Shown here: positions 8,859 through 18,772 of the stretch, one piece after another
Layout of the letters: every line of letters starts with the position of its first letter
Numbering within the stretch: position 1 is the first letter of the stretch
NCBI GenBank assembly: GCA_016782825.1
Contig: JADHXT010000001.1
Location: forward strand, 1 to 42,748
DNA length: 42,748 nucleotides
Reading direction: 5' to 3'
From: Candidatus Brocadiia bacterium
GTDB lineage: Bacteria > Planctomycetota > PUPC01 > DSUN01
Position numbers and translations under genes: made by a program
The notes under the pieces: generated by a model
Databases searched by the model: none
What the model was told of the DNA's origin: nothing
The model's input: only the letters and a program-made list of their open reading frames with translations

Positions 8859-10544
8859 TCAGAGGCGCCAGGCGTCCAGGTCGATGTCGGCAAACAGGCC
8901 GTCGCGAGTGCGGAGGGCCTCGACGTCGCGTTCTTCCTCGGCGGTGAGGCTGCCGCGGGCGGCGTAGGCCTCGATGGTCTTGGCCAGGCGCCCGAAGTCG
9001 CTGAAGTGGATGGCGATGCGGTTCTCGGCGTAGTCGCGGGCGCTCCAGGTGCTGATGAGGAACTCCCAGTCGGAGCTTTCGAGGAGCAGCAGCTCGCGGG
9101 CGGCCTGCTTGAGGAGGGCGGTGAGCGTGTCGTCGGCTGTGTCGCGGTGCTTTTCGAGGAGCTCGAGGAACGTGTCTTCGGCCTCGTAGACGTGGCCCCA
9201 GGCGCGCTCGGTCCATTCGTTGAGCCAGATCCAGTGGAAGCCGCCTTCGCCCCAGGAGCCTTCGGGCAGGCTCACGACCTCGGCGGGCGGGCTGTCGGCC
9301 AGGTACTGGCTGCACGTGACGGCCTGGACGCGACCGTCGGCGTGGAGGCGGCGGAGAACCTCCTCCACCCATCGCGGCCCTTCGGACCACCAGTGGCCGA
9401 AAAGCTCGCAGTCGTAGGGCGCGCACACCACGCCCTGGCCATCGGCAGCCAGCGGGTCGTCGGCCAGCACGTCGGCCAGCATGTCGGTGAAGTGCCAGGC
9501 GTGGGAATCGAGGCGCTCTTCGACGCGGTCGGGCTCGTACAGGAGCTTGTCGCCGAGGTCGGCCTTGCAGTCGGTCACGCGCCAGTAGCGGTGGCCGCCG
9601 GGGTAGCCGTTCTCGCCGCTCCACACCTGCACGGCCGTGTCCTCGTCGCGGACGAAGAAGGCGGTGGCGCGCTCGCCCGAGGCGTCGGGGCACACGAGGT
9701 AGGCGCGGTGTGGGGTGCGGCCGCCGATCTTCTCGCGTGGCTCGTAGCCCTTGCTGAACTGGCCCCACAGGCGCTGGAGGGCCTCGAAGCGGTCGAGGTA
9801 CACGCCGATGGGCTTGCCGCCCTGGAGCATGTGGCTGTCGACGAAGAAGTAGCGGATGCCGGCGTCGTGGAGCACTTCCTCCACGCCCAGGCGCTCGACG
9901 GCCGGGCCGGGCGTGTCGGCGTCGGCGAGGGGCGACAGCCAGCGGTAGCGCGGGCGGTAGGCACACTCGGGCAGCCAGATGCCCTTGGGGTCGCGGCCGA
10001 AGTGGCGGCGGTAGGTGTCCACGCCGGTGCGCACCTGGGCCTGCACGCAGGCATCGCGACCGAGAAGCGGCAGGTAGCCGTGGGTGGCGCAGCAGGTGAT
10101 GATCTCGATGTGCCCGTCGTCCTGAAGACGGCGGAAGGCGCCGATCAGGTCCTTGTCGTAGCGCTCCACGAAGTCGCGCCGCACCGTCTTGAAGTGCTCG
10201 CCCCAGTATTGCGCCAGGTATTCCAGATGCGGGCGGCCCGTGTCGTGGAAGTCTTTCTCATTCTCCTCGGCAAACTCGACGCGCTGATCGAGATAGGCGA
10301 GGAAGTCTTCCTGGAAGCCCTTGTCGGCGAGCTGTTCGGCCAGCACGGGGCTCACGTTGAGCGTCACGTTGGCCGAGATGCCGTCGTGCGCCAGGCTGTT
10401 GAAGACATTGGCGAGGGGCACGTAGCACTCCGCGGCGGCCTCGTTGAGCCAGTCGGTGCCGTGGGGCCACACGCCGTGGCTCAGCACGTAGGGCAGGTGG
10501 GCGTGGAGCACGAGGGCAAAGCTGCCCCGCTTCTCGGTGGGCAT
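8859..10544 (-). CDS. Glycoside hydrolase family 57 protein (1,4-alpha-glucan branching enzyme-like)
   Basis: FALVLHAHLPYVLSHGVWPHG...WLNEAAAECYVPL...ATHGYLPLL...GIWLPECAY are GH57 hallmarks. The preferred start is the ATG at 10544 (MPTEKRGSF), with AAGGA 8 nt upstream. Confidence 0.85.
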   Translation of the reverse strand: MPTEKRGSFALVLHAHLPYVLSHGVWPHGTDWLNEAAAECYVPLANVFNSLAHDGISANVTLNVSPVLAEQLADKGFQEDFLAYLDQRVEFAEENEKDFHDTGRPHLEYLAQYWGEHFKTVRRDFVERYDKDLIGAFRRLQDDGHIEIITCCATHGYLPLLGRDACVQAQVRTGVDTYRRHFGRDPKGIWLPECAYRPRYRWLSPLADADTPGPAVERLGVEEVLHDAGIRYFFVDSHMLQGGKPIGVYLDRFEALQRLWGQFSKGYEPREKIGGRTPHRAYLVCPDASGERATAFFVRDEDTAVQVWSGENGYPGGHRYWRVTDCKADLGDKLLYEPDRVEERLDSHAWHFTDMLADVLADDPLAADGQGVVCAPYDCELFGHWWSEGPRWVEEVLRRLHADGRVQAVTCSQYLADSPPAEVVSLPEGSWGEGGFHWIWLNEWTERAWGHVYEAEDTFLELLEKHRDTADDTLTALLKQAARELLLLESSDWEFLISTWSARDYAENRIAIHFSDFGRLAKTIEAYAARGSLTAEEERDVEALRTRDGLFADIDLDAWRL

Positions 10545-10600
10545 GGCACACACATCCTTTCGGTGGCTCAATCGGGCTGGCTTGCGGGTCCGAACACATA

Positions 10601-10629
10601 ATTATACCAGATTCGGCACCGCATCAGAA
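10601..10629 (-). promoter_or_regulatory. Possible extended -10 promoter (TGgTATAAT) for the GH57 gene
   Basis: The minus strand reads TTCTGA-17 nt-TATAAT, with TGG immediately 5' of the -10 (10609-10601). It sits in an AT-richer patch ~50 nt upstream of the start codon. Confidence 0.3.
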
Positions 10630-10669
10630 GCCTCGGACATGCGCGCGAATCGCGCGCCCCATTTTCCGC

Positions 10670-10699
10670 TTGCATCCGGCGCGCTCGCCGCGATATAAT
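10670..10699 (+). promoter_or_regulatory. Putative sigma70 promoter (TTGCAT-18-TATAAT) driving the long structured leader and rarA
   Basis: -35 TTGCAT at 10670-10675 and -10 TATAAT at 10694-10699. The next start codon is ~265 nt downstream. Confidence 0.4.
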
Positions 10700-10753
10700 C
10701 AACGCTGTGATGCGGCATAGGCCGAGCGCCGTGTGGCCGCATCGCAATCGAGA

Positions 10754-10946
10754 GACAGACCAACCTCTGCGGTGTTGGTGAGCGGAAGGCGCCATTTTTC
10801 GACCGACGCCCTTGCAAGGGAACTTGAGTCTGCCGGCCGACCTGAAACCCCCGTTGCGGGGAACTACGAAGCCGGCATCAAAGTGCCCACTTGGTTGCAG
10901 GGTCGGAGAGATCTTCCGCCACGGCCTCGCGGAGGTTGTGTCTTGT
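10754..10946 (+). ncRNA. Candidate rod-shaped structured RNA (6S-like architecture) or structured 5' leader of rarA
   Basis: Hand-folded. Positions 10755-10772 pair with 10927-10946 (18 bp, two 1-nt bulges). Positions 10774-10789 pair with 10912-10925 (14 bp). Positions 10795-10804 pair with 10901-10910 (10 bp). About 25 nt are unpaired on each side (10805-10830 and 10878-10900). An apical stem 10831-10837/10871-10877 is capped by a CCCCG-UUG-CGGGG hairpin. Eight of ~42 pairs are G-U, which form only in the plus-strand RNA. Confidence 0.3.
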
Positions 10947-10966
10947 ACCACCCTCCCCGGCCGCAC

Positions 10967-12325
10967 ATGCCCATGGACCTCTTCGCCTCCGAACCTGACC
11001 CCGACGATGCTCCCGACCCGCGTGCGCCCCTGGCCGCGCGCATGCGGCCGCGCACGCCCGAGGAGTTTGTGGGGCAGGAGCACTTCTTCGGTCCGGGCAA
11101 GCTGCTGCGGCGCATGCTCGACGCCGACCGCCTGGCGTCGCTCATCTTCTACGGCCCGCCCGGCACGGGCAAGACGGCCCTCGCCCACGTGATCGCCCGC
11201 ACCACCCAGGCGCGCGTGGCATCGCTCAACGCCGCCGCCGCCAAGGTGGCCGACCTGCGCCAGGTGCTCGCCCAGGCCCGCGAGCGCCGCCATCGCGCCG
11301 ACGCACGCACCGTGCTGTTCGTCGACGAGCTCCACCGCTTCAACAAAGCCCAGCAGGACGTGCTGCTGCCCGACGTGGAGGAGGGCATCATCCTCCTCAT
11401 CGGCGCCACCACACACAACCCCTTCTTCAGCGTCACCTCGGCCCTCGTGTCGCGCTCCCAGATATTCGAGTTCCGCGCCCTCAGCCGCGACCACATCATC
11501 ACCCTGCTGCGGCGCGCCCTGGGCGACGCCGAGCGCGGCCTCGGCACCCGCAACGCCACGCTCGACGACGAGGTGTTCGGCTTCATCGCCGAAGTGAGCG
11601 ACGGCGACGCCCGCCGCGCGCTCAACGCCCTCGAGCTCAGCGTCCTCACCACCGAGCCCGGCACCGACGGCATCGTCCACGTGAGCCTTGCCGCCGCCGA
11701 GGACTGCATCCAGCGCAAGGCCATCCTCTACGACCACGACGAGGACGGCCACTACGACACCGCCAGCGCCTTCATCAAGAGCCTGCGTGGCTCCGACCCC
11801 GACGCCGCGCTCTACTGGATGGCCAAGATGCTCGAGGCCGGCGAAGACCCCCGCTTCGTCGCACGCCGCATCGTCATCTGCGCCGCCGAAGACGTGGGCA
11901 ACGCCAACCCCCACGCCCTCATCCTCGCCAACGCCGCCTTCCAGATCAGCGAGTTCGTCGGCATGCCCGAGGCCAAGCTCGCCCTCGCCCAGGCCGTCAC
12001 CTACATCGCCTGCTGCCCCAAGAGCAACGCCTCGGCCAAGGGCATCTGGGCCGCGGAAAAGGACGTGCGCGAGGGCCGCACGCTCGAAGTGCCCGAACAC
12101 CTGCGCGATGCCCACTACCCCGGCTCCAAACGCCTCGGCCACGGCGAAGGCTATCAATACGCCCACGACTTCGAGGGACATTTCGTGGAGCAGGACTACT
12201 TTCCCAGCGACATCGTTTACTACGAGCCGAGCGACCAGGGCCACGAGAAGCAAATCAAGGAAAGGCTCGACGCATGGAGAAAGCGCAAGCGCGACAGGCA
12301 ATCCAAGAACGAATCGAGCGGCTGA
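10967..12325 (+). CDS. rarA: Replication-associated recombination protein A (RarA/MgsA AAA+ ATPase)
   Basis: PLAARMRPRTPEEFVGQEHFFGPGKLLRRML...LIFYGPPGTGKTALA (Walker A), VLFVDELHRFNKAQQD (Walker B), and the C-terminal MgsA_C-like region ...HLRDAHYPGSKRLGHGEGYQYAHDF. Start at the ATG at 10967 (MPMDLF). Confidence 0.92.
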   Translation: MPMDLFASEPDPDDAPDPRAPLAARMRPRTPEEFVGQEHFFGPGKLLRRMLDADRLASLIFYGPPGTGKTALAHVIARTTQARVASLNAAAAKVADLRQVLAQARERRHRADARTVLFVDELHRFNKAQQDVLLPDVEEGIILLIGATTHNPFFSVTSALVSRSQIFEFRALSRDHIITLLRRALGDAERGLGTRNATLDDEVFGFIAEVSDGDARRALNALELSVLTTEPGTDGIVHVSLAAAEDCIQRKAILYDHDEDGHYDTASAFIKSLRGSDPDAALYWMAKMLEAGEDPRFVARRIVICAAEDVGNANPHALILANAAFQISEFVGMPEAKLALAQAVTYIACCPKSNASAKGIWAAEKDVREGRTLEVPEHLRDAHYPGSKRLGHGEGYQYAHDFEGHFVEQDYFPSDIVYYEPSDQGHEKQIKERLDAWRKRKRDRQSKNESSG

Positions 12326-12852
12326 GCCCCGAGCAGCGACGCGACGCGAGCGAATGCATCCGCCGCCACCTCGCCGCGCTGCCGGAGTTCCAGCAGGCCC
12401 AGCGCGTGCTGCTCTTCGTCTCCATCGCCGACGAGGCGGACACCCTGCCCATCCTCCGCGACGCCCTCGCCGCCGGCAAGACCGTGGCCGTGCCCAAAGT
12501 GAACCCGAAGCAGAAGACGATGGATGCCCGCGTGATCCGCGACCTCGACACGGGCCTCGCACCCGGCCCCTACGGCATCCCCGAGCCGCAAGGCCGCGAC
12601 GGGGTGCCCGTGGAGGACATCGACTTCGTCCTCGTGCCCGCGCGCGGCTTCGACCGCAGCGGCAACCGCCTGGGCCGTGGCGGCGGCTACTACGACCGCT
12701 ACATCGGCGACCCCGACTTCCGCGCCGTGCGCTGCGGCGTCGGCTACGCCGCCCAGATGCTCGACCACGTGCCCCACGACGAACACGACCGCCCCGTGCA
12801 CATGGTCGTCACCGAGGACGGCGTGGTGCGATGCGGCGAAGCGGTGTTGTGA
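12274..12852 (+). CDS. 5-formyltetrahydrofolate cyclo-ligase
   Basis: ...VLLFVSIADEADTLPIL...GKTVAVPKV...GPYGIPEP...DFVLVPARGFDRSGNRLGRGGGYYDRYI is the family signature. It overlaps the rarA 3' end by 52 nt if the ATG at 12274 is used. Confidence 0.88.
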   Translation: MEKAQARQAIQERIERLSPEQRRDASECIRRHLAALPEFQQAQRVLLFVSIADEADTLPILRDALAAGKTVAVPKVNPKQKTMDARVIRDLDTGLAPGPYGIPEPQGRDGVPVEDIDFVLVPARGFDRSGNRLGRGGGYYDRYIGDPDFRAVRCGVGYAAQMLDHVPHDEHDRPVHMVVTEDGVVRCGEAVL

Positions 12853-12864
12853 TGCCGCGTAGGC

Positions 12865-14721
12865 TCACCACTGCGGCAGCAGGCGCACGGTCAGCTTGAG
12901 TTCCGCAACGCTCGGGAGGTGGATGGCCAGCTTGCGGCTTCCGTCGTTCCTGGCTTGAATGGGTGGATCGGGTGACGTCGGCAGCGGTTTGGCATCCATC
13001 ACCTGGAGTCTCACGCCTGCTGGCTCGGCAATCTGGATGCGCAACTGCTTGCCGTCCTGGCTCAAGGTAGCGCCCCGCCCGTCGCCGTCGAGCTTCACGG
13101 CGGCTCGCGTGTGCAGGAACCACCACAGATCGACCGGCTTCGTTGCCCGCACTTCGTCGCACACCGTTACATGGCGCCGGTCGACCATCGTGAAGGTGCG
13201 CCGCACCTGCCTCGCGTGCGCCGCATAGGCCTGGGAGAGGTCCACGACGGCCGTGGCGCGCTCAGGCGTCGACTCGAATTGCGTGATCGGTGCCGCCGAC
13301 GGCACCTGCTGGTCCGGGCCTTTGCTCGGGTTCATCACGAGTGTGTTCTGCCCCTCGGCCCGCGTGCGGTAGAAGTCCCACCGCGAGAACTTGTGCTTGT
13401 GGCCCATGTACGTCTGGCGCTCGCTGCCGAGATCGATGGCCCAGCGCACGCCGAGGGCCTCGAGAATGAAGCTGCCCAGCTCGATGTGACGATGGCCGTG
13501 CCGCTCGTTGTGGCCCGCCTGGATAGCCAGCACCAGAGCATTCGCGTCCTTCCAGGAACTGCGCATAGATGCAGTCTCTGCCCCGCGGAAGCGCTTGTCG
13601 AGGGGCAGCGCGGTCACGTCGAAGTCCCGCCCGCTGGGGTCGTACCACAGCAGGTCCGTCACCCGGGCGCGGCGGATGTCCTGGGCGAGCATGCGGTGGC
13701 GAAACCACGAGTAGCGCGGCTGGCCGTATCGCCGGCCCATCCAGAAATGCTGGGGTGTGGACATCTGCGTGTGGCCGCAGTCGCCGAAGTTGAAGGAGTA
13801 GCCCGTGGCGCCGGACAGGTAGAGCTGGTAGTCGCCGCTCTCGGCGAAGCCGGGGGTCTTGGCGAGGCCGAAGTCCGTGCCGAGCGCCGAGCGGAGCGCG
13901 GAGAGGAACACGAGGTTGTACCGCGTGCCGTAGTTCCAGTAGGTCACGCCTTCGGTGCCGGCGCCATCGGGAGCGTAGTGGCCCATGGCGCGGGGGAGCG
14001 AGCGAACGGCGTGGTGCAGGATCTCCCCAGCGAGGGCGGGCTCGACGTCGGCCACGGCCAGCGCCCCCATGCCAATACCCCCGTTGCACACTTGGTTCCA
14101 GTTGTTCGCGCTCCGCGCCCAGCCGCGGTGTTTGGGGACGTACACTCGGCGCGCCTGCGAAAGGCCCTTCTGCACGATGGCCTTGCGGAGCAGCTCCCGC
14201 TGGCTCGGCGACCACTGGTCGTGGAGCCAGTCGTAGCCGATGGCCAACGCGTGGGTCATCTCGGCCGTGTCCAGGAAATGCTTGGGATTCCAGTCCTTGA
14301 ATCCTGCTGCGGCCTCCAGCTCGGCCCAAGCCCGGGTGACGTGTGGCTTGCTGCCCTCGACCAGGTGCACGAGCGCCAGCAGTCGCACACGAGTGAGCAC
14401 GCGGCGGCTCACCGACAGGAGCCGTCGGCCGTCGCGGATCGCATACTCGCTCGGCTTCGTCTTGAGCTCCTTCGTGGCCTGCGACTTGACCTGATCGTAG
14501 ATACGTCGCGCGAAGGGGTCGGACGCGAGCAGGGCGCGCAGCGACTGGATGGCTTTCGCATCGAGCATCAGGCGCGGGTGGCCGGGCCGGAGTGTCTTCA
14601 GAATCTGGGCAGGCACGGGCGGCGCGACGCCCGCCCCTCGCGTCGTGGAGACGGCGGCAAGCCCAGCCGCCAGCGCACAAGCCGCCGCCAGCCATCGCCT
14701 GAAGCCAGGGAGCGTTCTCAT
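12865..14721 (-). CDS. Heparinase II/III-like family protein (secreted polysaccharide-lyase-like)
   Basis: It has a signal peptide (MRTLPGFRRWLAAACALAAGLAAVS), plus NNWNQVCNGGIGMGALAV and HGHRHIELGSFILEALGVRWAIDLG, which are motifs typical of the alginate-lyase-like N domain and the Hepar_II_III C domain. Confidence 0.8.
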   Translation of the reverse strand: MRTLPGFRRWLAAACALAAGLAAVSTTRGAGVAPPVPAQILKTLRPGHPRLMLDAKAIQSLRALLASDPFARRIYDQVKSQATKELKTKPSEYAIRDGRRLLSVSRRVLTRVRLLALVHLVEGSKPHVTRAWAELEAAAGFKDWNPKHFLDTAEMTHALAIGYDWLHDQWSPSQRELLRKAIVQKGLSQARRVYVPKHRGWARSANNWNQVCNGGIGMGALAVADVEPALAGEILHHAVRSLPRAMGHYAPDGAGTEGVTYWNYGTRYNLVFLSALRSALGTDFGLAKTPGFAESGDYQLYLSGATGYSFNFGDCGHTQMSTPQHFWMGRRYGQPRYSWFRHRMLAQDIRRARVTDLLWYDPSGRDFDVTALPLDKRFRGAETASMRSSWKDANALVLAIQAGHNERHGHRHIELGSFILEALGVRWAIDLGSERQTYMGHKHKFSRWDFYRTRAEGQNTLVMNPSKGPDQQVPSAAPITQFESTPERATAVVDLSQAYAAHARQVRRTFTMVDRRHVTVCDEVRATKPVDLWWFLHTRAAVKLDGDGRGATLSQDGKQLRIQIAEPAGVRLQVMDAKPLPTSPDPPIQARNDGSRKLAIHLPSVAELKLTVRLLPQW

Positions 14722-14763
14722 CCTGGTTCCCTTTCCTTGGAAGGTTGGCGGGTACGGGACGGG

Positions 14764-15831
14764 TCAGTAGCCGCCCGCGGGTTCCTCTCGGTTGGCGGCG
14801 CGAAACCCGAGCCGATTGGGCGGCTCGGGCGTGACGCCGAAGATGAACGTCTGGCCCTCACGGAAGGGCGCGGCCAGCTCGAAGTTCTCGTACGACACGC
14901 CGCCCGGGATGGCAGCGCGGGTGTTCCAGTACGCGGCGCGGCCGTTCACGCGCGCCACCAGGCCCGGCTGCGCCGGCGCCCGCCAGTACTGTGTGGCCGG
15001 CTTGCCGCGGTAGCGCCAGTGGCGTGGCACACCATCGGCATAGGTCGGCTGGTTGGGCCGCGGCTCGTTCGGCGTGGCCGCCACCACCGCCTCACCGTCC
15101 ACGGTCAGCAGGCGTCTCAGCTCCCACTCGCGATGTGGCATGAACCCCCATGCCCCCGGGCGCGTGTCGGGCCACAGATGGGTGGCGTCCACCACCTTGC
15201 CCTTCAGCCACAGGTGGCGCAGCCGCGCGTAGTTGCCCATCGTGGCCGTGAGGACGCAGGCGTCCATTCTCGCGCTGCCTTCCACGGCAAACACCGTGAG
15301 GGCGACCTCGTGGGGACGGTCCTGCCGCAGCGTCACCTGCACGACCGGCTCCGCACCGTTGGCGAAACGTTCCACGAACACGAAGAACGTGAGCGTCTCC
15401 GTGTCATCGGCGAGGCGGATGATCCTGCCCTTTGCCGGCGAGCCCCGGGGCGTACGGGGCGAAGGCTCCATCCTGTCCGCGGTCCACATGGCCTTGCCGC
15501 GCGCGCCGTCGCGCGTGCTGGGCTCCAGTTCGGACAGGCCGCGACGGCGGCCCACCACCGGCTCCACGGCAATGTAGTTGATCATCCGCAACGGCGGATG
15601 GCCCAGGTAGGGCGCGTAGATGCGCAGCAGCCCCCGTGGACCGGGCGTGGGCCACAGCCCCACGGCGATTCCGCCCCGGATGCCCCACACGGGCTGGCTG
15701 GCGTTGCCATCGGCCGGCACGAGCCACTGGCCACGAACCACCGGCGGCGCGAGGCGCTTTGCAGCGGGCGCACCGTGTGCCTGGGCTGCGGCGAACACGA
15801 AGGTGAGAAGCAGGACCATGGCCGTCTTCAT
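14764..15831 (-). CDS. Secreted hypothetical protein (355 aa), co-directional with and 42 nt upstream of the heparinase-like gene
   Basis: MKTAMVLLLTFVFAAAQAHG is a signal peptide, and the composition throughout is protein-like. I recognise no family. The remainder of track ORF 14764..16380 overlaps moxR antisense and is discarded. An alternative start is the ATG at 15846. Confidence 0.65.
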   Translation of the reverse strand: MKTAMVLLLTFVFAAAQAHGAPAAKRLAPPVVRGQWLVPADGNASQPVWGIRGGIAVGLWPTPGPRGLLRIYAPYLGHPPLRMINYIAVEPVVGRRRGLSELEPSTRDGARGKAMWTADRMEPSPRTPRGSPAKGRIIRLADDTETLTFFVFVERFANGAEPVVQVTLRQDRPHEVALTVFAVEGSARMDACVLTATMGNYARLRHLWLKGKVVDATHLWPDTRPGAWGFMPHREWELRRLLTVDGEAVVAATPNEPRPNQPTYADGVPRHWRYRGKPATQYWRAPAQPGLVARVNGRAAYWNTRAAIPGGVSYENFELAAPFREGQTFIFGVTPEPPNRLGFRAANREEPAGGY

Positions 15832-15894
15832 CTGTACCAGGATCATATGCGCATCCTGCCAGGCGATCAACAGGCGAGGCCCGGCCGAACCGTC

Positions 15895-15923
15895 TTGACA
15901 GGCCACGCCACCGCCCGTAACAT
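15895..15923 (+). promoter_or_regulatory. Putative sigma70 promoter of moxR (TTGACA-17-TAACAT)
   Basis: -35 TTGACA at 15895-15900 and -10 TAACAT at 15918-15923. GGAGA lies just upstream of the ATG at 15962. Confidence 0.35.
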
Positions 15924-15961
15924 ACAAGCGGTCGCTCGGCGCACCCCCGTTCGGAGATGCC

Positions 15962-16984
<1,023 letters not shown>

Positions 16985-17006
16985 GGTTCCCCCCCGGCTG
17001 GACGCC

Positions 17007-17939
17007 ATGCACAACCGAATCACCATGACGCTTCCGTGGGCGCTCATCGCGCTCCTGCTCGCCACATCGCCTGTGGGCGCGGACTCCTTTGCGAATAAGA
17101 AGACGGGCCAGACCGTCCAGGGCCGCCTGCTGGGCACCATCAGCCGCGACGGCGAAGACGTGTTCTTCGTCAAGACCGACGACGGCAGGCGCCTCTATCT
17201 GCCCATGGGCCAATGGACGGCGAAGAAGAGCGCCGCTCCGCCGTCGCCCAAAGCCAGGCCGACGACCAAGCCCAGCCCGGTCGTCTACCGAGGGAAGGAA
17301 CGCTCCGAGGCGTGGGTGGACGAGCAGTCTGCCGCCTTCCAGCGGAAGCTCGCCGTGGTGGACGGGCAGATCGTGGACCTCACCGACACCCAGCACTTTC
17401 AGGCGGCGGTGGAGGTGGGCGACGCGTGCAGCATCCGCGGCACGGTGGTGCGGGCGCTCGGCAAGGGCGACGCGTTGGTGCGTCTCCACCAGCATGAGGT
17501 GCCAGTGCCCAGCCGCTACGCGCGAGCCTTCTGGCCCTACACCGCGCCCATGGTGAAGTCGCCGAAGGGCCAGGTGGTGCGCCTCCGGGAACGGAGCGTC
17601 CCGTCCGACGGCGATGTCGTGCGCCGCATCATGGCCGTGGGCACTTGCGAGGTGGACGGCCACACGGTGGTGGACTGCCGGCCGCTGCGCTACGGTCTGC
17701 CGCCGCTCACGCGGGAGCAGTTTCTCCTCGTGCTGCGGGTGGGCCTGCCGCTGAGCACGTGGGAGCGCGGCTATCTGCTCAAGCGCTACCGCAGTCTGGT
17801 GCTTGACCCCCGCAAGCGCATGGACCCCCGCAAGAAGCCAAAGGGCCGTGGTGCATCGGTCTACCTCGTGTTCTCCACCACGCGGACGCACGCGGACGAG
17901 ATGCACTCCCTCGGCTTGTACCGGCGCGTCGTGCCGTGA
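17007..17939 (+). CDS. Secreted hypothetical protein (310 aa)
   Basis: It has a signal peptide (MTLPWALIALLLATSPVGA) and starts 22 nt after the moxR stop. Its TGA overlaps the GTG of the next gene (GTGA at 17936-17939). I recognise no family. Confidence 0.6.
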   Translation: MHNRITMTLPWALIALLLATSPVGADSFANKKTGQTVQGRLLGTISRDGEDVFFVKTDDGRRLYLPMGQWTAKKSAAPPSPKARPTTKPSPVVYRGKERSEAWVDEQSAAFQRKLAVVDGQIVDLTDTQHFQAAVEVGDACSIRGTVVRALGKGDALVRLHQHEVPVPSRYARAFWPYTAPMVKSPKGQVVRLRERSVPSDGDVVRRIMAVGTCEVDGHTVVDCRPLRYGLPPLTREQFLLVLRVGLPLSTWERGYLLKRYRSLVLDPRKRMDPRKKPKGRGASVYLVFSTTRTHADEMHSLGLYRRVVP

Positions 17940-18772
17940 CGCACGAGCCGGCAGACCCATCGAGGGGCCCGAGCGTGCCCACCCCGCCCATGACCCACTA
18001 CGACGTGCTCGGCGTTGCCCCCACGGCAACGGCCGACGAGGTGCGGCGCGCCTTCCACCGCCTGGCGAAGCAGTGGCACCCCGACCGCAACCAGGACAAT
18101 CCTGCGGCGGCGGAGGCAAGGTTCCGCGAGATCCAGCAGGCCTGGGAGACCCTCGACGATGCAGAGCAGCGCGGCGAGTATGACCTGAAGGTCGGCCTGC
18201 GCCGGCGTCACCGCCGACCGCGCCGGCGGGGTCGGGCGTGGATTGTGTCGGATGGGGAGGGGCCGGCGGAGGCGTGGCAACTGCCGCAGTTCTGGCTGGC
18301 CGTTCTCGGCGTGGTGTTCCTCGCGGTCGTGGCGGGCATCGTTGCGTGGCGTGCGGGCGTGTTCGCCAGGCGGGCGGCAGGGCCGGCGCCGGCCCTTCGG
18401 CCGGCGGTGCGGGTGGAGTTCGCCGTGCTCGACGGGCTCTGTCCCGAGGGGCTTCGGTTCGTCGAGGTGGCGCCGAGCGGTGGGGCCTCGGTGCGGGCGC
18501 ACCTGTTTCGCGAGCTGCCGTTCGACACGCGTCCGGTGGGCGGCGGCGAGACGATGAGGGGCTTCCGGGCGACGGTGAGGCCCGATGGCTCCGGCGTGGT
18601 GGAGACCTACCGCGTGCACGACCCGGGCACGGGCGAGGTGTTCGAGATCGGCGAGGTGGCGATCACCCGAGGCGAGAATGGAGCGTGGGGGTTAGCGGAG
18701 ACAGGGCGCCTGCGCATTCGGGAAGCTCTGGAGGCGAAGCTCGGCTTCCGCTTGCGCGCCGGTTCTCCCTAG
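17936..18772 (+). CDS. J-domain (DnaJ-like) membrane protein
   Basis: THYDVLGVAPTATADEVRRAFHRLAKQWHPDRN...FREIQQAWETLDD is a J domain with HPD. It is followed by an Arg-rich linker, one TM helix (FWLAVLGVVFLAVVAGIVAW) and a ~150-aa unknown C-terminal domain. The start is either GTG at 17936 (coupled) or ATG at 17990. Confidence 0.8.
   Translation: MTHEPADPSRGPSVPTPPMTHYDVLGVAPTATADEVRRAFHRLAKQWHPDRNQDNPAAAEARFREIQQAWETLDDAEQRGEYDLKVGLRRRHRRPRRRGRAWIVSDGEGPAEAWQLPQFWLAVLGVVFLAVVAGIVAWRAGVFARRAAGPAPALRPAVRVEFAVLDGLCPEGLRFVEVAPSGGASVRAHLFRELPFDTRPVGGGETMRGFRATVRPDGSGVVETYRVHDPGTGEVFEIGEVAITRGENGAWGLAETGRLRIREALEAKLGFRLRAGSP

Noticed and set aside
10769-10790. Local similarity of GCGGTGTTGGTGAGCGGAAGG to the E. 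coli 6S RNA segment GCGGUUGGUGAGC.
   Set aside because: In E. coli that segment lies in the apical region, whereas here it lies in the closing rod. It is therefore not positional homology, and I did not use it as evidence for the 6S-like call.
18769-18772. Convergent genes (the J-domain protein and holA) sharing the palindrome CTAG as both stop codons. Also the GTGA and TGATG start/stop overlaps at 1108-1111, 17936-17939 and 36516-36520.
   Set aside because: These are real but commonplace signs of genome compaction and translational coupling. They are noted in the feature evidence rather than listed as discoveries.
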